A stretch of 30,482 bases of DNA from a virus (IMGVR_UViG_3300017762_000041:1-30482), one strand, 5' to 3'; numbered from the stretch's first letter, positions 9,339 to 17,668 are shown. Translations and numbers: made by a program. The notes: a model not told the origin generated them from the sequence alone.

Positions 9339-11677
9339 TACATTCTCCGTGAACGTAGATTAAAGAAGGCTTCATACTCTGCTGATTGGAATACACAAGG
9401 GAAGTGACTGCTGCTTTCTAATACAACATCAACATCACCAGCTTTACCAACAACACCAAAGCGATAAGTGCCAGAGTCAATAGCTGCTTGGTTTAGGATG
9501 TTAGTAGAAGCACCAACAATACGTCCTGTGAAGCTACGAGTATAAGTAGCACGTTTAAGAGGTGTTACCTTAACGTCAAAGAAACCTGTGTCATTGTAAA
9601 CAACTGCATAGTTTCTAAGCTGTAAGTGTCCTGTTGTGATAGGACTGTTATCTTGTTTAAGTACTGGCTCTGAGAACTGGTATTTAAATGTGTAGGGTAT
9701 ACCTGCATAGACTACCTCTGATGCACTAAGCAAAGCTGCTACATCACTAACTGCAATTACTTTACCACGTTGGTTAATGTAAGTCAAGTTACTATCTGTA
9801 TAGGGTACAGTAGTAAGACCGCTTGTTTCTAACTGTACACGCCTGTCCAACATAATAGGGAATTGACCTGTAGTATACTGAGTAGCATCATCTACTGATA
9901 GGTTAATCTTTTCTAGGAACAAGTTACTACCACGTTTAACAAGTATCATAATGTCAGCCAAGTTAAAGGCCATGGACAGTACATCATCACCAAACGTCCA
10001 CTTAGACCAAGAAGCCTGTAGCTTCTCTCTACCTTTCCAGTAGTACCTGTAGACGTAGACTGATTCAGTTTCACCTGTAGTCTGTACAAGGATCATGTCC
10101 TCGTTAGATGATGCCTCAATCTTTTTAATTTCACCGTCAAGATACTCTGGTACGTGTGACGTAGTTTCAGCAGCATCATTAGTATCAGTGTCAGAGTCAA
10201 CGTAATATTCCCACATACCTGACCATGCGCCACGCTTACTAGCAAAGTACACAAATCTACCAGCGGCTGCTGGCTTGGCTCTCAGTGAAGCCTCAAACTC
10301 TGTGGTGCTAGATACGTTGATAGTCTCAGGGGTTAGGATAGGATCAGCCGTTACCTTGAACTGTGTTAGTTCAGAGAACAGCAATAGTGTGTTGTTAAAT
10401 GGTACAGCGTGTTTAAGTATGTTCACCTTGTTAGAGGAAACTGCTACATCAATAGGATCGCTGTCAACTGTTGTAAGTGTAGACTTACGGAAGAAGTCAA
10501 AGTTTACAAACTCACCTGCCCTACTAAAGATAACATTCTCATCAGCTAGTACGCCAAGTCTGTTTCTGTGAAAGAAGATGTCAGCTAATGGAAATCCTAT
10601 AAAGGAAGGAAAGTCGTTAGTAGCATCATCACCTACTTTACGTGATTCATAACCTACTTCATCAAATATAAACGTACCGTTAGATTGCTTAGTAAGTTTG
10701 TGTGGCATGGTTGAAGCATCAATATCAATCAAGACATTCTCAGCTACTGTTTCTTTCCACACACCATCAGCAAACTTAACATAGAAGTCATCCTGTGCTT
10801 TCTGGTTATCACCAGCTACTTTAATTAGGAAGTCGTTTGGTCCCTCTACAGGTAGCTTCTTAAAGTCAGGTGTCTCATCCTTGAACACAAGCAAGTGATC
10901 ACCACCATGAGAGTCACCTACCTCTACTTGGAAGTCTGTGCTGTCGGTGGATTGGATATGTAACACTGAGCCGTAGCGTGTGACAGTCAATCCTGATACA
11001 GCACTACCATTTGTAATATTTGTGTAGTAAGTGCCACTAACACCACTACCTGAAAAGGTATCTAAGTTTTGTGCAATTAAGTCTGTTGATGCACCACGTT
11101 CTGCGTTTTGTGTATCTGCTGTGCTTGCTTGGGTAGAAGATTTAGTGGCAAATTCCACTGTGCTTGATGACCCGCTTTTAGTTAGCTTTACACGATACGT
11201 AGAGGAATAGTCAGCCTGTTTAACATATACCAGTGCTTCTGGTCCACGTGCTGGACTAGTTGTAGTATCCTTAGCTACAATAGTATTCTTATTTAGAATG
11301 AATGTTGTGTCAGCAATAGAAACAGCAGACAGTTCCTTACTAGGGTCTGTAAGCCCTGCTAAGTAAGAAGCAGCGTTGTTAGTAACTGTCCTAGCTGTAC
11401 CGTCCTTGTCGAACACACGGATAGTTCCTGCTGTATCTACCACCATAGAGTACAGTTCGTTCTCATCTCTACGAATAGTGTGGATAAAAGCTTTGTCTAG
11501 GTTACTAATAACACCTAAGTCTGCTATGTGTTGTGTAGGTGGACGTTTAGATAGTCCAGAGACAACACTAGACAATCCGTTTTCCTGTACCTCTGCCTGA
11601 GTAGACAAGCGTAGGGAAGGTGGCTGCTGCGATACTCCGTTAATTAGGTTAGGAATGGATTGACTAATTAGTGCCAT
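9338..11677 (-). CDS. Tail tubular protein B (nozzle, T7 gp12-like)
   Basis: MALISQSIPNLINGVSQQP start closely resembles T7 gp12; FFHRNRLG, DPIDVAVS and QASWSKW motifs. Confidence 0.97.
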   Translation of the reverse strand: MALISQSIPNLINGVSQQPPSLRLSTQAEVQENGLSSVVSGLSKRPPTQHIADLGVISNLDKAFIHTIRRDENELYSMVVDTAGTIRVFDKDGTARTVTNNAASYLAGLTDPSKELSAVSIADTTFILNKNTIVAKDTTTSPARGPEALVYVKQADYSSTYRVKLTKSGSSSTVEFATKSSTQASTADTQNAERGASTDLIAQNLDTFSGSGVSGTYYTNITNGSAVSGLTVTRYGSVLHIQSTDSTDFQVEVGDSHGGDHLLVFKDETPDFKKLPVEGPNDFLIKVAGDNQKAQDDFYVKFADGVWKETVAENVLIDIDASTMPHKLTKQSNGTFIFDEVGYESRKVGDDATNDFPSFIGFPLADIFFHRNRLGVLADENVIFSRAGEFVNFDFFRKSTLTTVDSDPIDVAVSSNKVNILKHAVPFNNTLLLFSELTQFKVTADPILTPETINVSSTTEFEASLRAKPAAAGRFVYFASKRGAWSGMWEYYVDSDTDTNDAAETTSHVPEYLDGEIKKIEASSNEDMILVQTTGETESVYVYRYYWKGREKLQASWSKWTFGDDVLSMAFNLADIMILVKRGSNLFLEKINLSVDDATQYTTGQFPIMLDRRVQLETSGLTTVPYTDSNLTYINQRGKVIAVSDVAALLSASEVVYAGIPYTFKYQFSEPVLKQDNSPITTGHLQLRNYAVVYNDTGFFDVKVTPLKRATYTRSFTGRIVGASTNILNQAAIDSGTYRFGVVGKAGDVDVVLESSSHFPCVFQSAEYEAFFNLRSRRM

Positions 11678-12261
11678 TACATTGTTCTCCGTCCCTGCCT
11701 GTCAATGATGCTGTATGTATCATAGTTATCAAAGATGTTATCATCGTCAGCAGATTTGTCAAATTCTCTTAGTTCCATTAAAGCACGATTTTCGTCCTTC
11801 TCATGGAAACCATGTAGGGTAGCTGAACCTACCACACGATCTTGGAAGATACGTGTAGCACGTAATACCATGTACCGTTTTGCTACCTCAGGTACATCAT
11901 TAAATTCTAATTGAACCACTACATCAAGTCCTACATTTACACCAATGTTAAACGTGTGGTTCTTTCTGTCATACATTTTTAAGCCACGTTGTACTAGGTC
12001 AGGGCTGTTAGCTACTAGGGTAGCATCTGCTTTAAGAATATCAGCAGGTAAGATTATCTGACCATTAGTATCTTGGGCAAAACTTTTGTTTAATTCTGTG
12101 TTAAAGTGCCAGCCCATAGACTGTACTTCTCTGTCAACTGTGTCAAGGATAGTCTCTGCAATCTCCGCTTCAATCAAGCCAGAGGAGAGACTACTAACTG
12201 GTGCTTCGCCAATGGCAGAAAGCATTGTGTTGACTGCATCTAGTTTAGTTGTTCCTGCCAT
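11677..12261 (-). CDS. Tail tubular protein A (gatekeeper, T7 gp11-like)
   Basis: LDAVNTMLSAIGEAPV and QSMGWHFNTE motifs. Confidence 0.97.
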   Translation of the reverse strand: MAGTTKLDAVNTMLSAIGEAPVSSLSSGLIEAEIAETILDTVDREVQSMGWHFNTELNKSFAQDTNGQIILPADILKADATLVANSPDLVQRGLKMYDRKNHTFNIGVNVGLDVVVQLEFNDVPEVAKRYMVLRATRIFQDRVVGSATLHGFHEKDENRALMELREFDKSADDDNIFDNYDTYSIIDRQGRRTM

Positions 12262-12270
12262 GTCGTTTAC

Positions 12271-12525
12271 CTATGCTTTCCACTTAACCTTATTAGCCCA
12301 ATAAGCTGCGCTTGACGGTCCTTTGGCTATGTTCTTTGCGTGTCTGCTTTTGAAAGCTTTACGTTGTTTGGCTGACTGGTTTGTTTTAGCACCTCGTTCA
12401 CCAAACCTAATAACTTTTGGTTTCTCTTTTGTGCCTACCAGTACAGCATGTGATTTCTTACCTTTAGGAGAACGCTTTGGTATACGTAGTCCTTGGAAGG
12501 TTTCACCTGCGTGTGTAATAGCCAT
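12271..12525 (-). CDS. Small basic conserved viral hypothetical protein (RFG...FKSRH...AYWA..W)
   Basis: 84 aa, Lys/Arg rich. Motif IRFG..G...RKAFKSRH...SAAYWANKVKW recalled from marine phage and large-DNA-virus hypothetical families. Confidence 0.8.
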   Translation of the reverse strand: MAITHAGETFQGLRIPKRSPKGKKSHAVLVGTKEKPKVIRFGERGAKTNQSAKQRKAFKSRHAKNIAKGPSSAAYWANKVKWKA

Positions 12526-12526
12526 A

Positions 12527-12637
12527 TCATTTCTTCTTCTTATACTTTATGGTAGCACCAGTCTTCTTAGCCGCAGCCTTAGCCTGTGCCATACCCTTTT
12601 TAGTATACTTATATTCTTTACCTGCTACATTTGGCAT
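12527..12637 (-). CDS. 36-aa Lys-rich peptide
   Basis: Not in ORF track. MPNVAGKEYKYTKKGMAQAKAAAKKTGATIKYKKKK; fills the gap between neighbours (2 nt and 1 nt spacing); AGGA upstream. Confidence 0.75.
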   Translation of the reverse strand: MPNVAGKEYKYTKKGMAQAKAAAKKTGATIKYKKKK

Positions 12638-12639
12638 AT

Positions 12640-12876
12640 CTATTTCCTATACTGTGCTGTCTTCTTAGCAATCTTTAGAGGTTGACGGACAAACTGTTTA
12701 CCTTTGCGAGAGCCTTCACGCTTTGCTTTAGTAGTAGCAGCGTACTCTGACGCAGACAACGACTTAATAGCTTTCTCTGGTAGGTAGCGTTCACCTGTCT
12801 TACCTGATGGTTTACCAGACTTAGTACGCCACTTTTGCTTTGTCCATTTCTTTAGGCTTTCCTGAGGTTTCTTCAC
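12640..12876 (-). CDS. Small basic hypothetical protein (DUF5872-like, C-terminal half)
   Basis: SLKKWTKQKWRTKSG...ERYLPEKA...KREG..KGKQFV. GTG start overlaps the TGA of the upstream gene (GTGA). Family name is from recall, not a search. Confidence 0.75.
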   Translation of the reverse strand: MKKPQESLKKWTKQKWRTKSGKPSGKTGERYLPEKAIKSLSASEYAATTKAKREGSRKGKQFVRQPLKIAKKTAQYRK

Positions 12877-13064
12877 GATGTATAACCCCCACCAGCCTTC
12901 TTATAACGAGAAGCTAGTAGTTGAGCCTTACGCGCAGACCACTGACCTGCATTACCACCCTTACTTCCAGACTTAATAGCGTTGAACATACGCTTACGCA
13001 TAGTAGGTTTGGTGTAGTTACCTGCCTCGTTCACACGTGACTTCTTAATCTTTAGCTTTTTCAT
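12873..13064 (-). CDS. Small basic hypothetical protein (KGG..GQWSARKAQ motif)
   Basis: NYTKPTMRKR...KGGNAGQWSARKAQLLASRYKKAGGGY. Start placed at ATG 13064 rather than the TTG at 13076, which abuts the terminator T-tract. Confidence 0.75.
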   Translation of the reverse strand: MKKLKIKKSRVNEAGNYTKPTMRKRMFNAIKSGSKGGNAGQWSARKAQLLASRYKKAGGGYTS

Positions 13065-13077
13065 AACACCATCCAAT

Positions 13078-13108
13078 AAAAAAAGGGAGTAGCCGTTAAG
13101 CTACCCCC
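13078..13108 (-). terminator. Intrinsic terminator after major capsid gene (T-phi equivalent)
   Basis: Minus strand GGGGGTAGC-TTAACG-GCTACTCCC-TTTTTTT: 9-bp stem plus U7, just after the capsid stop. Confidence 0.92.
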
Positions 13109-13115
13109 AAGTTTA

Positions 13116-14231
13116 TTAAACCTCAGACAGACCGATACAGGCTGCTGGACGCAGGACGTTGTGTCCCATTGCGTACTTAGCAACCATCAGTGTGCCTTGA
13201 CGATTAATCTGATACTCAGACTCCATGCCAAGGTCAAGAAGCTTGACAGTAGCAACAGCGTCTGGTGTGAAGACAAAGCCACGGAACTTAGAAGCAAGAG
13301 CCACCATGTCAGCACCGTCTACAGCAGCAGTCGGTAGGTCATAGTGTGTTGTGCGTCCAGAACCAGCAGTGTTTGCTAGTGGTGCATTGTCAGATGTCTT
13401 ACCTTCGTTAGCATCGCCTGTGGTGAAGTTCACATACAGGTTAGATACTTTAGCGTGGTTTGACATGATGACAGGCATACCAGCAATTGAAGGTACTGTG
13501 CCTGATGCAATTGAACCAGCACCACCAAAGTCTTTGTTCATGTAGACAAGCTTGTTACCATCAGTTACGTCCAAGAGGGCGTAGTACTGATCTGGTGCAA
13601 GTACAACAACAGCACCATCAGTAGGTACGTTCTTGATTTCCATCTCTTTACGTGCGTCAAAGATAGCTTTAGCAAGCTTGGCAGCATCTGTTGAGTCAGC
13701 AGTAGCTGTACCAATGTTGACGTTATCTGTAAAGTCTTCTTCGGTAAAGGCTTTGTAGTCTTGAACAAGACCAGCAGCACGTGTTGCGTTAGTTGCCAAT
13801 GCAGCCTTGGTCAACATACGTGCTACGTTCTTGTCTGCCTCGTTAGCTAGTGCGATACCAGCTTCCTTTGAGTAGATTGAACGTACATCGTAGTGGTTGA
13901 TAGCTTCATCAATGTTAGCAATGAACTGGCTTGAGATCAGCAAGTCATCAATTGTGACGATGCGTTCACCTGCACGTAATTGTCCACCAGTAATTTCGTT
14001 TCCGGGGGTCAAGTATTCAGCAGATGCACGGCCTGTCATTGGAAATGATGCAGACTTACCTTTTGAGATTGTACGAGTGCGTACTTTGTCCATAAGGACT
14101 TTCTTTTCCTCAAAGGCTGTTAGGACTTCGCCAGCATACAGCTTGAGAAATAGGTCACGTACGTCACCTGTATTGTTATTCTGGCCTTGGAAGCTTACGC
14201 TATAGGCCGGATTTGAAGCAGCTTGTGCCAT
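13116..14231 (-). CDS. Major capsid protein (T7 gp10-like)
   Basis: LFLKLYAGEVLTAF, RTISKGKSASFP, YDVRSIYSKEAGIALA and AKYAMGHNVLRP motifs; TAAGGAG RBS. Confidence 0.98.
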   Translation of the reverse strand: MAQAASNPAYSVSFQGQNNNTGDVRDLFLKLYAGEVLTAFEEKKVLMDKVRTRTISKGKSASFPMTGRASAEYLTPGNEITGGQLRAGERIVTIDDLLISSQFIANIDEAINHYDVRSIYSKEAGIALANEADKNVARMLTKAALATNATRAAGLVQDYKAFTEEDFTDNVNIGTATADSTDAAKLAKAIFDARKEMEIKNVPTDGAVVVLAPDQYYALLDVTDGNKLVYMNKDFGGAGSIASGTVPSIAGMPVIMSNHAKVSNLYVNFTTGDANEGKTSDNAPLANTAGSGRTTHYDLPTAAVDGADMVALASKFRGFVFTPDAVATVKLLDLGMESEYQINRQGTLMVAKYAMGHNVLRPAACIGLSEV

Positions 14232-14435
14232 TTGTAATTACTCCTTAGTGAGTATAATGTTGAGTTAAGTACACTCTGCATTACACTACATCCTTTCTCC
14301 AAGATTGTCCCTCGCAAGGGGTCAGGGGTAATCGTTTGTTATGTTAGCTTCGTGTTAGGGATGTGATCCCTTCTAGGCACACCGTAATGTAACTAGAAGG
14401 AAGGGGGATTTCTCCCCCAACCCCATGCAACAATG
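14232..14435 (-). ncRNA. Putative structured cis-regulatory RNA / leader between scaffold and capsid genes
   Basis: Only long non-coding gap in the window. At least five local hairpins and two long-range complementarities (see findings). Confidence 0.55.
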
Positions 14436-15200
14436 TTAGAACAGGCTAGAACGAGCCAACTTATCAGCGACTGCTTGCCTGTAGGCAGGGTCTTGCGCGT
14501 ATTTGGGGTCACGCATAGCAGCAGTTAATTCTGCATTGCTATTGAACTTCCCACCTGACACTTCACCTGTCCCACCTTGAAGTAGGGAAGGTTCCGCATT
14601 AGTTCGATACCTTGCGCTTAGACCTTGGATGGCAAACTGAATTAAGTTTGCATCTTGCGTTTCCATTGTAGCATTAAAAGCATCAACCTCTGCCTCAGGA
14701 AGATTGTCTGCTGCCCACTGTACCATAGCAGAATATTCCTCAGCACCCCCAACAAGGGACTGCATATCAGAAGTCATCTGAGCCGCAACAGCGTTCTGAC
14801 CTTCAATCCATGAGTCAACCATAGCTTCTGGAAAGCCAGCTTCCTCTAGGGCTTGGTATGCTTCTTCTGATAGAGTACCGTTCTCTGCATATTCCTGTTG
14901 GAATACTTCAAAGTCTAGTCCTCTTTCATCAAGTAACTCAGAAACCTCGTTTGCTGTCTGACTAACATCTTCTGTCTGACTGTCTGCTTCTTGTTGAGCC
15001 TCAGCTTCTGAATTACTACCTAGTTTACCTTCTAGTGCAGAGTAGGCTTTAGCCATATCCTCTGGTGATTTGAACTTTTCAGGCAACCATTCTGGACGTT
15101 CAGGGTCTACTTGAGTACCCTCAACCTTAGCCAGCATAGCGTCAACATGTTCTTGTGACTCTGCTGGTTCTTCTTGATAAGTGTTTACGGCATCTGCCAT
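14436..15200 (-). CDS. Capsid assembly scaffolding protein (T7 gp9-like)
   Basis: Acidic; RPEWLPEKFKSPEDMAKAYSALE, VGGAEEY..MVQWA and AMRDPKY..DPAYR motifs. Confidence 0.95.
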   Translation of the reverse strand: MADAVNTYQEEPAESQEHVDAMLAKVEGTQVDPERPEWLPEKFKSPEDMAKAYSALEGKLGSNSEAEAQQEADSQTEDVSQTANEVSELLDERGLDFEVFQQEYAENGTLSEEAYQALEEAGFPEAMVDSWIEGQNAVAAQMTSDMQSLVGGAEEYSAMVQWAADNLPEAEVDAFNATMETQDANLIQFAIQGLSARYRTNAEPSLLQGGTGEVSGGKFNSNAELTAAMRDPKYAQDPAYRQAVADKLARSSLF

Positions 15201-15203
15201 GTG

Positions 15204-16739
15204 TTACTCCGTTTCTACTGCGCCTTTAGCTAGCTGTGGTGCTGCGCTTTGCGCCATACCTGCTGCTGTTTGTTCTAACATTTGTTGTTGCATCATTTGC
15301 TGCTGCATCATCTGTTCTTGTTGCTTCTGTTCGTCTGACTTAATAAGTCCTGACGTATCAATGCCAAGAGATGCTGCAAGTCTGTCTATGTAATCACCAA
15401 GGTTCATCTCACTTTGTATAACTTCAGGACCAAGTGGCTGAAGATACTGTAAGAAAGCGGCAAGTTTGTTAAGGTCTTGCCCACGGCCTAGTGCCTCAAT
15501 ACCAGTTACGACAGTAGGTTTAACACTGTCCCTTGGCATCTTAGGCATCTTGCCCTGTGTCTCCAATGAGGTCAACAGCAAGTTAATCATAGGCAACTGA
15601 AACTCTTGTGATAGAACTGAGTACACGCCCCCAAGCGCAGTCTCTAGTTCTTGTGCCATAAAACGTACTTCTTCGGCTGTGACACGTTCAGCATTACGCT
15701 GTACAGCACTATTCAACAGGAAGGCCGCAGCCAATCTGTCGTTAATCATACGCATAGTTTCTAGTGCAACACGGAAATCACCTGACTTCTGTACTTGCAT
15801 AGCTGAGACATCGTTAGCATCACCAGTTACAAACGCACCGTTAGGTGCTTTGGATAGCTGACTAGTCTTGGTTGTACCATTAGGACGTACCAAGAATAGT
15901 AGCTTTGCTGATGCAGCACTACCCTCAACAATAGCCTTAGTTAGTGCTTCAAGGCTACGTAAGTCTCCTAAGTATTCTTCAATGAAGCCACGCCCATAGT
16001 CCTCACCATCAATACGGATAAACCGTAGTGGGATAAAGGGATTGCGGTCTACTTTATAAGTACCCTTGGACTCCTCAATGGATATACCTGCTACCTCTTG
16101 TTCAGTTTCCCATCCTTTTTTAGTACGGACAACCTTGGTGTACAGGTGGTGGTTCTTCATTGGGGTATCACCTGCTGTAATGACAGCTTGTGCTGCCTCT
16201 GGCAACATAATACCCGCTACTGATTCTTTTGTAATAATTTCTAGCACGTTCCCCATCATGTCACGTTTAATAACGAAACGATCAGGACGATATACACGCA
16301 TCTGTCCCTTAGGGTCTTTAAATAAAAGCGCATTACCTGATACAATAAGAAGCTTTAGTGCTTCAAACACAGGAACACGAACTGCTTTACCCTCTATCTC
16401 TGCCAATGCTGCACGTTCAATACGTGCTAACCCTTCCTCTACCTGTCCACGATTGTCACCTGCAAGTTCCTGCAAGTCAAAATCATCAATGGTCAGACGA
16501 AAGAAGGGTGTGTTAGGTGGCAGGAGAGCCATCAATAATTTAGAGGCTAGATTGTTTACACCCCTAGCACCAATACCTTGGTAGGGTGTAGCATATGTTG
16601 AGGACGAACTGTGTCCTTCCTCTGGTAACAGAGTAGGGATAGTTAGTCTAGCTGCCTCTCGCCCTCGTTCAAGAAAGGTATCACGTTCACCTTCCAATTG
16701 GCTGTAGCGTTTAGCTACTGTACCTAGTTCCATTTCCAT
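15204..16739 (-). CDS. Portal / head-tail connector (T7 gp8-like)
   Basis: PYQGIGARGVNNLASKL, GEDYGRG, ERVTAEEVR and TGIEALGRGQDL motifs. Confidence 0.98.
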   Translation of the reverse strand: MEMELGTVAKRYSQLEGERDTFLERGREAARLTIPTLLPEEGHSSSSTYATPYQGIGARGVNNLASKLLMALLPPNTPFFRLTIDDFDLQELAGDNRGQVEEGLARIERAALAEIEGKAVRVPVFEALKLLIVSGNALLFKDPKGQMRVYRPDRFVIKRDMMGNVLEIITKESVAGIMLPEAAQAVITAGDTPMKNHHLYTKVVRTKKGWETEQEVAGISIEESKGTYKVDRNPFIPLRFIRIDGEDYGRGFIEEYLGDLRSLEALTKAIVEGSAASAKLLFLVRPNGTTKTSQLSKAPNGAFVTGDANDVSAMQVQKSGDFRVALETMRMINDRLAAAFLLNSAVQRNAERVTAEEVRFMAQELETALGGVYSVLSQEFQLPMINLLLTSLETQGKMPKMPRDSVKPTVVTGIEALGRGQDLNKLAAFLQYLQPLGPEVIQSEMNLGDYIDRLAASLGIDTSGLIKSDEQKQQEQMMQQQMMQQQMLEQTAAGMAQSAAPQLAKGAVETE

Positions 16740-16750
16740 AGTCTAATCCT

Positions 16751-16933
16751 TTAGGTAGTAATACCTGTGTAGGGTGGGATAGCTAACGTATTCTTCTTTT
16801 TCTTATAGATGCTTTCTTCTTCATCTATCATCGCCTGTTCCTCAGGGTCTTCCACACGTGGGGTTTGTTTATCATCAGCATCCCTGCCCATGAGTTTTTT
16901 AGCCTCACCTGTATTCATCAAAGCTAATCCCAT
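16751..16933 (-). CDS. Small hypothetical protein, possible gp7.3/6.7 paralog
   Basis: 60 aa with AAGGGA upstream; ends KKKKNTLAIP, similar to its two upstream neighbours. Confidence 0.65.
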   Translation of the reverse strand: MGLALMNTGEAKKLMGRDADDKQTPRVEDPEEQAMIDEEESIYKKKKNTLAIPPYTGITT

Positions 16934-16937
16934 GATC

Positions 16938-17219
16938 TTATCCCTTCGGTATATTTAAGCCAGAAGAACCCTCTCCACCTACTGCAATAGCTGCTGCTGG
17001 TGTGACAAGTTGTTTCTTGCCCTTCTTCCTACGCTTACGTTGTACACCTTCTGTCTCTACCACAGCTTCCATTTCTTCTTCTGTGCCTCTGCCAGCAGCA
17101 GTAGAAGGTGCGGCAGTCTGTGCAGCAGTAGGTGCTTTAGGTTTACTACCAACAAGCTTCTTAGTCTGCTTCTTAAAACCACGTTCAAGTTTCTTTAGAG
17201 GTTTCTTTACAGCACCCAT
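16938..17219 (-). CDS. Virion assembly/tail protein, T7 gp7.3-like
   Basis: Start reassigned to ATG 17219 (GGGGGA RBS, 1 nt after the upstream stop). MGAVKKPLKK...RRKKGKKQL...SSGLNIP parallels T7 gp7.3 (MGKKVKK...GKKSL...GGGINI). Confidence 0.75.
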   Translation of the reverse strand: MGAVKKPLKKLERGFKKQTKKLVGSKPKAPTAAQTAAPSTAAGRGTEEEMEAVVETEGVQRKRRKKGKKQLVTPAAAIAVGGEGSSGLNIPKG

Positions 17220-17220
17220 G

Positions 17221-17451
17221 TTACTGTCCCCCTGTAGGAATCTGTAGACCAGAACCAGCACTACCTGTCTGTGTTCCCATGTCTGAAATCATATCTGTAC
17301 GTAAGGCTTTCTTACCCTTCTTCTTTTTCTGTCCTGCAATTCCTACTTCATCATCTTCCAATTCAATGTCAGGAGTTTTAGCTACTGCTGTCACTGGCTT
17401 GGCTGGTGCTGGTAGGGGCTTAGGCATCTTTGGCGAAAATAGTCCACCCAT
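17221..17451 (-). CDS. Small virion protein, T7 gp6.7-like
   Basis: MGGLFSPKMPKP start resembles gp6.7 (MCFSPK..PK); GAGGA RBS; synteny. Confidence 0.7.
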   Translation of the reverse strand: MGGLFSPKMPKPLPAPAKPVTAVAKTPDIELEDDEVGIAGQKKKKGKKALRTDMISDMGTQTGSAGSGLQIPTGGQ

Positions 17452-17454
17452 GTC

Positions 17455-17634
17455 TCAATCCTCATATTCTTCGTTGTATAATTCGTTTAACTTATTTACT
17501 ACTGACTGTTGGCCTCTGAGAAACGCTAATTCCTCAGAGGTTACTTGTGTAAGTGGAAGCCTATTAGGATAAAGTTCCTGAAGTTCGTTTAGTAGAGCCG
17601 TAGTAATACCTAGTGTGTATCCAAGTACTTTCAT
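17455..17634 (-). CDS. 59-aa hypothetical protein (gp6.5 position)
   Basis: Not in ORF track. MKVLGYTLGITTALLNELQELYPNRLP...AFLRGQQSVVNKL; the L..L.P...GQ.SV motif is common in T7-like phages at this locus. First gene after the late promoter. Confidence 0.8.
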   Translation of the reverse strand: MKVLGYTLGITTALLNELQELYPNRLPLTQVTSEELAFLRGQQSVVNKLNELYNEEYED

Positions 17635-17647
17635 TTTCTTTAACTTT

Positions 17648-17668
17648 CGCTAATAGGTACAGTTTAGA
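17648..17668 (-). promoter_or_regulatory. Putative phage RNAP promoter (late/structural module)
   Basis: TCTAAACTGTACCTATTAGCG, intergenic directly after the RNR stop; near-copy of the motif at 26305-26325; position equals T7 phi6.5. Confidence 0.85.

Noticed and set aside
13100-13140. T7 gene 10B-type -1 frameshift extension of the capsid protein
   Set aside because: The -1 frame after GAG GTT TAA stops within about eight codons inside the terminator; no extension domain exists.
14232-14435. tRNA or hammerhead ribozyme in the capsid leader
   Set aside because: No TTCGA T-loop or cloverleaf and no CUGANGA core found; kept only as an unclassified structured RNA.
14420-14441. TTCTAAC at the scaffold stop as a phi10-like promoter
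   Set aside because: Only the first 7 nt match; the CTGTACC core is absent.
15270-15335. Gln/Met repeat at the portal C-terminus (QQEQMMQQQMMQQQM)
   Set aside because: A common low-complexity tail in T7-like portals; not a DNA repeat element.
16711-16731. Plus-strand ACTGTACCTA near the portal start, resembling the promoter core
   Set aside because: Only 10 nt match and the upstream TCTAA is missing; compatible with chance from GGT ACA GTA codons. Worth rechecking in a PWM scan.
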